Source: an uncultured Candidatus Binatia bacterium
GTDB taxonomy: Bacteria; Desulfobacterota; Binatia; Bin18
Direction: 5' to 3'
Assembly: GCA_965214605.1 (NCBI GenBank)
Contig: CBDCCD010000003.1
Coordinates: 1-14,617 of the forward strand
Length of the DNA stretch: 14,617 nucleotides
Shown here: positions 7,701 through 14,617 of the stretch, one piece after another
How positions within the stretch are numbered: position 1 is the stretch's first letter
Layout of the letters: every line of letters begins with the position of its first letter
Program-made: the position numbers and the translations under genes
The notes under the pieces: model-generated
Database searches by the model: none
What the model saw: only the letters and a program-made list of their open reading frames with translations
What the model was told of the DNA's origin: nothing

Positions 7701-10142
7701 GAGGGCGCTCGGCAGGGCCTTAGATTCGGCGTTGTACAGCACAACGGAAAAGTTGCTGCGCTCATGTGGCAAAAGTTTGAGATACTGTTCGCCGACCTCA
7801 CTAAATCTTTTTGCGGCCACGCCGGGCTCAACATCGAGTGCGTCATCCCCATCCGGACGCGCTTGCCGCAACGGCGGCTCCGCCAGCGTGTAATCGTAGC
7901 TGGAGTCCGCTGCGGCCAACAGCATAGGCTTGTCCTTATCGAATCCAATACACACTTCCGGGTAGTAGGGCGATACGAGATCGCGCTCAATCTGTGCGAA
8001 CAGCAGATCGCTGCGAAAGATATCGTCCTCATTCCCACGGAGTACGTCCTGGACTAGCCGGACCACCTGGTCCGTCTTGACCTTGATTCCGGCTAAGCGA
8101 AGGGGATGCCAGGGGGTGATGATGGCCGCCGGGACGCCAGCGCCCACATTTGCGATGCCAAGGCGCATGAGTTCGGGCCAGAGCCGTTCACGCGCGAGAT
8201 CCTTGTTGGCTCCCCGCAGGAGACATTCCAACACCGCTCCGTATTTTTCAGCCTGCGCCGTCAGGGCCTCAGACGCAAGGCCTGCACCGTCCCCGGAAAC
8301 CCAGTCGCGGAGGGCTTTGGTGTACGCACCAACAAAATCCTCAAAGGCGCTCCCGATACGCTGATGGTCTGGGGGCTCGAGGACACTTAGCAACTCCTTG
8401 AGCGCCGAGCGGAATGCTCCGCTCCGGTCCCCGCTGTCCTCATTGGGCGCAACCAGCTTACCGTTGTTGGTGTTCGTGACGTCACGGATCGTGTTGACGT
8501 CGTTTAGCACGATCCGCTGAATACTGCCTTTAGCGCTGACGGACTGCCGCGCAATGTCTGCGGTGGGCAATAATGCCTGCGCTTGGTCAAGGTTTGCCAC
8601 GCTCAAGAGATCGTCGGGCAGGGCGGTTGCGAGCGCGTCGACCGGCATCTCCCAGTAGAAGATGAGCGTGGCTTTGGCTCCGTCCGGGTCAAGGAGCACC
8701 TCGAATTTGATTGAGCGCGCCTCTTTGGATCTGGACGTGACTTTTGCGAGACCGTCGTCGGGCTCGGGAAAGTAGAAATCCGCAAGCTTCCCGAAATCGA
8801 GTTCAACGTCCGGTCCGAGAAGCGCTCCAAGCCCCCGATAGCGGAACGCAAAGTAGCGAGCAATACGCGGGTTCTTGCCGCGCCAAAAGCTCTTTTTGCG
8901 GGCGTTCGGAATGCGTACCACCAGCTTGTTTTCGATCGGCCCATCGTCCCGCGTTCGCCGTCGTAGGCTGTCGACCGTCGCGACAAGGCCAAGGAGAAAG
9001 TCCGGATAGGTCTGTGGGTTGCGATAGATATAGCGCTCCCACCTGCCAGACAGTTTTTTGTCCTTCGCAAGCTCCTCCCTGTGCTCTTCGTAAAATTCCT
9101 GGAGATCGTCGGAGGGTTCCTTGGGAAACACTCCGGCCAGGAGTTCACGCTCCTGCTCATCAAGCTGGTCGCCGAACTCGTCGTCGAAGAACTTTTCGGT
9201 CTCCCCGCCAAGCGGAGAAGGCCTTGTTTTCGTCACACCTTCAAACAGGCCTGAGATTCGACGCCAGTCCAGGTCGACCAACGCCTTTTGTGCGTCGCAC
9301 CAATCATCCGGTTTGACGTCCGCCTCCAGAAACGCTTTGATTGTCCGGCGCTCGGTCTCCGTCAGCTGATCTGCAATCTTGTCCAGATTGGCACGAAGCT
9401 GGTCTTCGGAGAGCGGTTCGTTGCGTTCGGTCTCACGAATGAGAAAGGGCCGGATTCGGGTGTGCAGTCGCCGGAATATCTTGTTCCATTCCCCCTTTTG
9501 TGTTCGCTTCTTCGCTGGAATGCGCTCGAAATATCCCGAATACCGGGGTAGACGCAGGCTGGGCAATGCGTTGTCGACAGCTTTCTGGAGCGGGAACCCT
9601 TTGAGGAGAATGCTCTCGGCGACCGCGAGGATAAAATCGGCGAAGGTCTCAATCGTACGGGCGACATGCGTGGCGTCTATCGCCTGCAGGGCGGTTTGCA
9701 GCTGCTTGCGTCCCGCCACGTCGAGACGCTCTGCGGTCAGGCCGGCGTGATCAAGCCATGCGTTGTAACGGGTGCGCAACGTATCGGTTTCAATCTTGAT
9801 AACCTTCTCGACACTCTTGTCGTTCCGTTGCAATTCCTCCTGAGACGCGGCGAACAGAACGGCGCGTTTGCCGTCCGCAAGCCGGCAGTGGCGCCAGTGC
9901 GTGACGGATTGGTCGCTCCGAGCGTCTTCAGGCAGGGTGCCGTCGGGATCAAACACCGTTGTGATCTTGACCGAGACAAGCTCACGGCTCTCCTGATCAT
10001 TGAGAACGGCCGTTGCTATCGAACGGACGAGGGACGCCTCAAGGCCGAGCATGCAGAACCGTAACGATCCTTGCGGTTCTTGTTGCATTTGCGCCGTGAT
10101 AAAATCGAGCGCCACCGAGGCAATCAGCTCACTCCTCTTCAT
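4758..10142 (-). CDS. Large FtsK/SpoIIIE-domain protein with putative PD-(D/E)xK nuclease domain (DptH/DndH-like position)
   Basis: Uninterrupted 1794-aa ORF. The C-terminal FtsK motor shows PHTLIAGETGSGKG (Walker A, about residue 1558), MIDPK, WLFHDELADW (Walker B), GINLVVVTQRPD and GAERLLGRGH. The motif IADIMALAP...RIAISEAKF (about residues 1135-1160) fits a PD-(D/E)xK nuclease. A Ser/Pro/Ala-rich linker precedes the motor. There are no N-terminal TM helices or C-terminal gamma domain, so this is not the housekeeping ftsK. Confidence 0.9.
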   Translation of the reverse strand: MKRSELIASVALDFITAQMQQEPQGSLRFCMLGLEASLVRSIATAVLNDQESRELVSVKITTVFDPDGTLPEDARSDQSVTHWRHCRLADGKRAVLFAASQEELQRNDKSVEKVIKIETDTLRTRYNAWLDHAGLTAERLDVAGRKQLQTALQAIDATHVARTIETFADFILAVAESILLKGFPLQKAVDNALPSLRLPRYSGYFERIPAKKRTQKGEWNKIFRRLHTRIRPFLIRETERNEPLSEDQLRANLDKIADQLTETERRTIKAFLEADVKPDDWCDAQKALVDLDWRRISGLFEGVTKTRPSPLGGETEKFFDDEFGDQLDEQERELLAGVFPKEPSDDLQEFYEEHREELAKDKKLSGRWERYIYRNPQTYPDFLLGLVATVDSLRRRTRDDGPIENKLVVRIPNARKKSFWRGKNPRIARYFAFRYRGLGALLGPDVELDFGKLADFYFPEPDDGLAKVTSRSKEARSIKFEVLLDPDGAKATLIFYWEMPVDALATALPDDLLSVANLDQAQALLPTADIARQSVSAKGSIQRIVLNDVNTIRDVTNTNNGKLVAPNEDSGDRSGAFRSALKELLSVLEPPDHQRIGSAFEDFVGAYTKALRDWVSGDGAGLASEALTAQAEKYGAVLECLLRGANKDLARERLWPELMRLGIANVGAGVPAAIITPWHPLRLAGIKVKTDQVVRLVQDVLRGNEDDIFRSDLLFAQIERDLVSPYYPEVCIGFDKDKPMLLAAADSSYDYTLAEPPLRQARPDGDDALDVEPGVAAKRFSEVGEQYLKLLPHERSNFSVVLYNAESKALPSALASELSSKVEQENELQCDLLLTHSDPKRLRRIYEQQNVTVSNESGSLMASESAPNFLSRLRVGFCEAADLSADENGRAADLVALQDVVARNAKLVWKPAPGHRHPDLADHVPARWSRRRPIGPADTATSVYLACPAQPRVGQLYLNAVHGFLDGDNASAGDVIPAREVKFRGTDSADVFSRTHRMGEWVVNFDELVDRRLLANNGVRVVRHMPDRRIERNIVVSTTSKPRLLRVLLRERLERLDPAIVKGDDVIDGLIDQANTLSGQVVMRAARYGRYANELLGIVLSMEKIRQELGGVDFPLGWYFLDDFASWFGQREEQIADIMALAPRVEDGEPVLRIAISEAKFVASKGYRAQAKKSAKQLHETVERIRRALDPLHKRIDREIWLHRLGDFMLEGVEPFDSSKLNGWDLYGWSDEVRQNKVRIELSGFSHVFVHDDDEAVDADDSRPLKGMPHCSQQVFDKQGVTDACRSFAARRARRGQSSDDAAGWGDPLVSSRSGGSATPTTRTRLVEGGAPSEPAPVVSTHNPNPAESVAADRREIGEQPTSSTLLSASTNAPAATELANSHQNVAADYSEKWPSGELAAWVNAGRISEEEDEEAKAWLDTTVKALQRALRGYEMTAELVGVRLTPNAALVRFRGSDALTVPKVEKRRQELLTSHAVEVINVLAAPMEVVIMVARPSRTILRLRDLWRQRALPVSAPRTNTSLLLGARESNGELLYLNVGGSFGGQQPHGPHTLIAGETGSGKGVLVQCLLLDICATNAPSSARIEMIDPKAGIDFPWLRRMPHLNGDLITDRKAAIGVLEALVEEMERRNRLLAEVGVTNLSRYNQRVAPADRLARIWLFHDELADWMMNDDYRDAVELNVNRLGVKARASGINLVVVTQRPDRDALPMQLRANLGNRLLLKVADKRNSILVLDEPGAERLLGRGHLAAKLSGEGKVILAQVPFANEEEIMELAKLIEKAWTGQEIPAGQGS

Positions 10143-11665
10143 ACCCGGCTCCTAAACGGATTTTCAACATAGGCGCAATCATCGGAGAGGCGGTGCAGCA
10201 GACCGAGCGTCCGCAGACGCTGCTCGAGGCGTTGCGAGTTCTGCATAAAGGCGTTTTGATCGGTCGGCAAGCTGCCAAAGGCGCGTTCTGCCTCACTCGC
10301 GCCAATCACGAGCCGGAAATGGTCATAGAGTTTGGCGAGAAACCGATGATACTCCTCCCGACCTTCGTCGACCACGCACATGACAAGCGCTTTCAGCAGC
10401 GAGTCATCCGGCGCATACCACGTTCCCGTGCCCCGGCGCGATACGGCGAGCCCAAGCTGCCGCGCCCATTCGAGGTGGACTTTCGCCACGTGTTGCTGAT
10501 GGCGCTTCTCCGCGTAGGAGCGGAGGGTCTGAAAGATCCTCTCCGGATCGCCGGACGGGGGGCTGTCATCCGGGGTCCATTGGAACTGCTTGGTCAAGTA
10601 TTTCCGTACGGGGTCGCCGGGCGCGCGCGCGGCGAGGGCTTCTCGCCACTCTTTGGTGTCTCTTGCCGACTCAACGTAGGCACGTACCGCACGAGTGGAT
10701 ACCATTCTGTTCGCTCCGAGGTTTTCGGCTGACAGATCAAAGAGCGTGGTTTTTCTGGGGGAGGAAACTTCAAGAACGAATTTCGGCTCGTTTGGTTCGC
10801 CGATTTCTTCGAGAGCGCGGCGTAGCATGTAGAGCAGCATGTGCAAAGCCGAGAGCCGCACGAGTGGATCGAGCAGCGTCTCTGCGGGCACGTCAAGCCG
10901 CAGCAGGCGACGCCATGTATCCGCCAGTGACTCGTACTCAGCTCGCTTGGCAAAAGGGAGATAGCCGATCGTGCTAGACACAAGATTTGAGTCTGCGCCA
11001 AGACCTTTCGGCAGCAGAGCGGAAACGACACGGTTCCATTGTTCATTCGTGCGCAGCAGTCTGTCGGAGATCGTCTGGGCGACCTCCGCCCTCGCACCAC
11101 TGCGGCTCAGCATGAGGTACAGCAACTCGCCGCCGCGCGCAAAGAACCGCCGGTCAGGACTCCCGTTGATATTCGCCGGGAGATCGGCATAGAGACAGTC
11201 CGGGCCGTAAGGAAAAAGAAACTTTGAACTCCAGCGACGCCGGCGGTGGGGCTCCACGGCCGTGGTCTGAAAGAACTCAATCACCCGCGCGAGGTGGGAA
11301 AAGGAGCCCAGACGATCCTTCAGAGAGCTAAAATCGCCGTCCGTCCCGAACTTGTTCAACCACTGGTGCCAGCGTTCGGAGTCGGCATCGTGCGTCGCCT
11401 CGATATGCCGAAGGTGCGGATTGTTAAAAATGAGCTGACGCAGCGGGATTAATCGGGGAATGTTGTATGTAAAGGACTCGTGCGCACCATTCCGGCCGTT
11501 TTCATTGAGTGCCGTGCCTTCTTGGTTTCGCGATCGGAAGATGGCCAGAAACTCCAGAAAGACCAGCCAGGGAGTCTGGTCGTTGTAGAGACGATGTCCC
11601 CAGATCGCCTCGTCCACCCAGATGTTTACATCGTATTTGGCCGGCGCTTTGAGACGTTGATTCAT
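10139..11665 (-). CDS. DptG/DndG-like middle subunit (no recognisable catalytic motif)
   Basis: Uninterrupted 508-aa ORF with ATGA overlaps at both ends. C-terminus ...RRGTGTWYAPDDSLLKALV...LRTLGLLHRLSDDCAYVENPF resembles the conserved DptG-type tail (R-G-x..Y..LL and SD...YV). Size and position between an NTPase and a large translocase fit this call. Confidence 0.78.
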   Translation of the reverse strand: MNQRLKAPAKYDVNIWVDEAIWGHRLYNDQTPWLVFLEFLAIFRSRNQEGTALNENGRNGAHESFTYNIPRLIPLRQLIFNNPHLRHIEATHDADSERWHQWLNKFGTDGDFSSLKDRLGSFSHLARVIEFFQTTAVEPHRRRRWSSKFLFPYGPDCLYADLPANINGSPDRRFFARGGELLYLMLSRSGARAEVAQTISDRLLRTNEQWNRVVSALLPKGLGADSNLVSSTIGYLPFAKRAEYESLADTWRRLLRLDVPAETLLDPLVRLSALHMLLYMLRRALEEIGEPNEPKFVLEVSSPRKTTLFDLSAENLGANRMVSTRAVRAYVESARDTKEWREALAARAPGDPVRKYLTKQFQWTPDDSPPSGDPERIFQTLRSYAEKRHQQHVAKVHLEWARQLGLAVSRRGTGTWYAPDDSLLKALVMCVVDEGREEYHRFLAKLYDHFRLVIGASEAERAFGSLPTDQNAFMQNSQRLEQRLRTLGLLHRLSDDCAYVENPFRSRV

Positions 11666-13500
11666 GGGCTCAGCCTTATCCGGATAGGGTCGGAATGCGG
11701 CCTTCCATTCTCATCGACGCTCAAAGCCTGCAGATTGATCTCGTCCGACGAAGACGGTTCTTCACCGATCAACTTATCGAGTCTCTTGATCAGCCTCAGC
11801 TTGAAATCCAAAAAATCCTCGTTGCATTGGCGAGAGAAACTCCCCGGCAAGCTGCCGCTGGCCACGCGCACCAGGTACTCAAAATGTGTCAGTTGGAGCG
11901 TGAGACGGTCTACGATATCGTCGTTTGGGCCGCCGTGCGGATCAACGATTTCCAAGCACGGCGCGGCCCGATCCGGCGTCAGCGAAAAACGGAGGTAAGG
12001 ATTGCGGCGATTGCGTGTGGTTGGGAGCTCGTAGTTGAGGAGCGTAGCAATCCGCCCCTGCCCGTCACCGCCTGAGGAGGCCAAATAGAGTGTCGTGCCG
12101 TCATCGATCATCATCCCGCAAAATGTTCGGTTGAGACCGCGCACGAGCAACTCGGCCGTGCGCGAGACGTCGGCTTCTCTGTCCAAACCGGAGAGAAATT
12201 CCAGAAACCGCCCGGATGCCTTGTAGACGGTGAGTCGCCACGGATCAAGCGTGTGGTCTGAAGACAGCGAAAAGAACAGCCGCTGGCGCTGCCGGGAAAG
12301 GGCGCGCATGAACTCAGCGATTTTCTCCCGTTCGCCTTCAAGATAATCGCGCAGATACGGTTCGTAGGCCGTTGCGCCGTAATAGGTATCCATGGTCACA
12401 TGCCGCTGGTAGAGATCGGAATGGTCGTGGGCCCCGTAGATCAGGAGGTTGTCGAATTGGTTATCCGTCTCGCGGCCGATTCCAAACGTCTCCAGCGTCG
12501 TGAATACCTGATATTGCTGGCGTTGTCGCTCGGGCAGGTTCATCCCGAATACGTTTGCGTAAGGATTGGTCAGACGGTACTCCTTGTTATCTACGCGATT
12601 CTTTGCAGTCCGGCAGGTCAGAAGAATTTGGCGTCCGTGGCGGTCGCCGAGCAGGATGTTGACGCAGAGCAGGAAGAGGTCGCGGATTGGCAGATGCATC
12701 CTGTTGGCCCGGGCCAGTTTCATCAAGGCGCTGAGACGCTGCCGAAACACCGATCCGTCGGTGTGAAGGCGCAAGCGCTCGCGATTGATCCGGATGGGAC
12801 AGGTGGGCGCGCCATTCGCCTTGAGCAGTTCACAGCCCTGGCACTGAGACCATTGGGGATGTTCCACGATTTGTTCGATCAATTCCTCAAAGTGGGTCGA
12901 AGCATCAAGACGGCTCAGGTTGTACAGATATAAATCAAGGGCATCATCCGTCGTGCGACCTCCCACAAGTAAGTCTTCGACACTCTTAAACACGCGGTGC
13001 GCATTCTCGTCCTGCGAATCCGACCAGTCCCGCCATGTGGCAAGGAGCTGACCGTCGTTCGCGGCAACGAGGAACACGTCGGCCGAACTCTTGCCCTCCA
13101 CAGCTTTGGCGAGATCTGAGAGAAGATCGCTTTTCTCCGCCTGCGTCAATTCACTCAAGTCTTTGACGATGGTCAGCCTTTTGCCGGACTTGGCAAGGGT
13201 GAGCGAGACAATCTTTTCGCCTGCCTTCCAGGCTTCCGGATCGCCCCCGCAATATTCCCAGATGCGGCGACAGTAGTACGTTTTGCCGTCGCCAGCCGTG
13301 CCGGTAAGGATGACGTTTTTGGGTGCTGCGGATTCGAAATTGGCGCGGACGTCTTTCAGCAGCACGGGCGGGATATGGATTGCCGGATTGATCTGATGTC
13401 GCTCAATCTCTGTCTGTATGAGTTCGTCATACATGTTGTCGCTAGTCGGAATAGGGCCGTAGTGGCGCAGAAATGAGATGAGGCCGTTTGTATGTGCCAC
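11662..13500 (-). CDS. P-loop NTPase, DptF/DndF-like first subunit of a putative three-gene restriction/defence module
   Basis: Uninterrupted 612-aa ORF. GTG start preceded by a purine-rich RBS (AGGGGAGTAGGG). N-terminal Walker A motif VILTGTAGDGKT (about 13280-13315) and a later hydrophobic strand VFLVAANDGQLL. Contains a CxxC...CP cluster (WSQCQGC...TCPI). Its stop overlaps the next start (ATGA). The DptF resemblance is from recalled family features, not a search. Confidence 0.85.
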   Translation of the reverse strand: MAHTNGLISFLRHYGPIPTSDNMYDELIQTEIERHQINPAIHIPPVLLKDVRANFESAAPKNVILTGTAGDGKTYYCRRIWEYCGGDPEAWKAGEKIVSLTLAKSGKRLTIVKDLSELTQAEKSDLLSDLAKAVEGKSSADVFLVAANDGQLLATWRDWSDSQDENAHRVFKSVEDLLVGGRTTDDALDLYLYNLSRLDASTHFEELIEQIVEHPQWSQCQGCELLKANGAPTCPIRINRERLRLHTDGSVFRQRLSALMKLARANRMHLPIRDLFLLCVNILLGDRHGRQILLTCRTAKNRVDNKEYRLTNPYANVFGMNLPERQRQQYQVFTTLETFGIGRETDNQFDNLLIYGAHDHSDLYQRHVTMDTYYGATAYEPYLRDYLEGEREKIAEFMRALSRQRQRLFFSLSSDHTLDPWRLTVYKASGRFLEFLSGLDREADVSRTAELLVRGLNRTFCGMMIDDGTTLYLASSGGDGQGRIATLLNYELPTTRNRRNPYLRFSLTPDRAAPCLEIVDPHGGPNDDIVDRLTLQLTHFEYLVRVASGSLPGSFSRQCNEDFLDFKLRLIKRLDKLIGEEPSSSDEINLQALSVDENGRPHSDPIRIRLSP

Positions 13501-13559
13501 GGTTCGCCCTACTCCCCTGAATTTCGACTGCGTCCATCAACCGCGCCCGCGCTCCGGCT

Positions 13560-13765
13560 TCTTCATTCCGCTCCTGTATTGCATCGGAGCCGAACGGCCG
13601 GAGCGAGAGAGTCAGCTCAATTCCATAGGTGGTCGTGAACGACGAACACAGACACCGTCCGCCGGATCACCCATGCCGCGGACAGGTCTGGAGACGCGGC
13701 AAGTCGGCCTTGTCCAAGATTACCGAAAGCCGCCCCCTGTTCTTCTTGTCCTTGTTTTTGCTCAA
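13560..13765 (-). pseudogene. Ribbon-helix-helix (CopG/MetJ/Arc-like) regulator remnant
   Basis: RBS AAGGGAG then TTG at 13765. One frame gives LSKNKDKKNRGRLSVILDKADLPRLQ (strand plus start of helix A). The adjacent frame gives DLSAAWVIRRTVSVFV (typical RHH helix B). The join near 13688 lacks several residues, implying a frameshifting deletion. The 3' end is approximate. Confidence 0.62.
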
Positions 13766-13828
13766 AAACCACTCTCCCTTGTGTTGCGCCAGCTTTAACA
13801 CCATTTCGATATGTTGCCAATACCGAAA
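13754..13828 (-). promoter_or_regulatory. Candidate sigma70 promoter with operator palindromes for the RHH/three-gene operon
   Basis: Minus strand reads TTGGCA (13820-13815), N17, TAAAGC with TG upstream (weak extended -10). Inverted repeat TTTCGATAT-N7-ATACCGAAA (13804-13828, one mismatch) straddles the -35. Perfect GTTTTTG-CT-CAAAAAC (13754-13769) covers the TTG start. Confidence 0.4.
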
Positions 13829-13949
13829 CGCTGGTCTCAGTCCCTCATCCCCACCCGTCAAAGCCGGGCCCTTCCGACCCCAAACTGGGGTCAGCTTGAG
13901 CAGTTTCCAACGTTTGTGTGGCGCAAACCCGCTGCAATGTCAGAGAGCC

Positions 13950-14193
13950 TCACCACGCTGCGAAAGCCTTCAACAAGAGACTTCGCAGACGCTCTTCCAT
14001 ACTCTCCGCCGCAGCGGCAGCATGGCCTCGTGCTAGAGCGATGTCCCTGGACGTGTCGCTGGGGTCGCCCGGTACGTTCCGGGCGGCGCTGGCCGTGAGC
14101 AGGGCGCGGGAGGGCGGTGACGGCGTCCTGCTCATTGGGGTCGACGGCGAGCAGGGCGGCGATCGTGCTGCTCCCGTTCTCGCCCACCGGCAT
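13950..14193 (-). pseudogene. Possible small frameshifted ORF of unknown function
   Basis: Removing one base from the G run at 14108-14110 joins MPVGENGSSTIAALLAVDPNEQDAVTAL to RALLTASAARNVPGDPSDTSRDIALARGHAAAAAESMEERLRSLLLKAFAAW*, giving an amphipathic, GC3-rich reading. Confidence 0.35.
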
Positions 14194-14617
14194 TGCTGTT
14201 GCTTCCAAAGGGACCCGTTGCGGCAGGGACAGGAGTGCCGCTATTTTCGTTTTACCCTGTCAACGCCTCCGCTCTTACGCTGCCGCGGTCGCGCTGACTT
14301 TGGGCACTCCTACCTTGGGGGGCATGTCCGCTGCTACGGAGCCGAAAACCCGAGGGGGATAAAGCCGTTGTTGATGGACAGAGGGGAGAGAGGGACGGCT
14401 CCGGCCGTCGTAGGCACCGATGAAATATCAAGCTAGGGTTATTTCCGAGCCGAGGAGCTACCAGCCGAAACCGCTGTGTCACTTGAGGGCGCCAGGAGTC
14501 AGCGTACTAGCGCCATTGGTGTAGAAATTCAGGTCGGCAGTCAGCTTCCTAGTAAACGCAAGAGCGGTGTCATAATCCGTCGTCTATGCGGATACTCCAC
14601 AGTACGTACTACAGGGC

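Noticed and set aside
4758-10142. Housekeeping cell-division ftsK
   Set aside because: No N-terminal TM domain or gamma domain, a large unrelated N-terminus, and a defence-type operon context.
4649-13276. Numerous 60-190 aa ORFs antisense or out of frame within the three large genes
   Set aside because: These are shadow ORFs expected in GC-rich coding DNA, with no motifs or RBS support.
14210-14617. tRNA, IS end or gene at the right edge; palindrome AGTACGTACT at 14601-14610
   Set aside because: No cloverleaf, transposase or credible ORF, and a single 10-bp palindrome is expected by chance in 14.6 kb.

Overview
A GC-rich bacterial defence-island-like window in two contrasting halves. Right half (minus strand, 13500->4758): an intact, translationally coupled three-gene operon encoding a 612-aa P-loop NTPase, a 508-aa protein and a 1794-aa protein with a PD-(D/E)xK-like motif and a C-terminal FtsK/SpoIIIE motor. 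In order, size and motifs it resembles DndFGH/DptFGH-type restriction modules, but no DNA-modification genes are visible in the window. It is preceded by a frameshifted ribbon-helix-helix regulator remnant with palindromic operator candidates. Left half (plus strand, 1-4663): one intact ABC/AAA_21-type ATPase with an H-loop His->Gln change, its DUF4276/TOPRIM-like partner broken by a nonsense codon and a frameshift, and several other co-oriented gene remnants. These are separated by structured intergenic DNA, including an exact 38-bp direct repeat whose layout resembles the left arm of an integron attC site. Family assignments come from motif recognition by eye; no database search was run.
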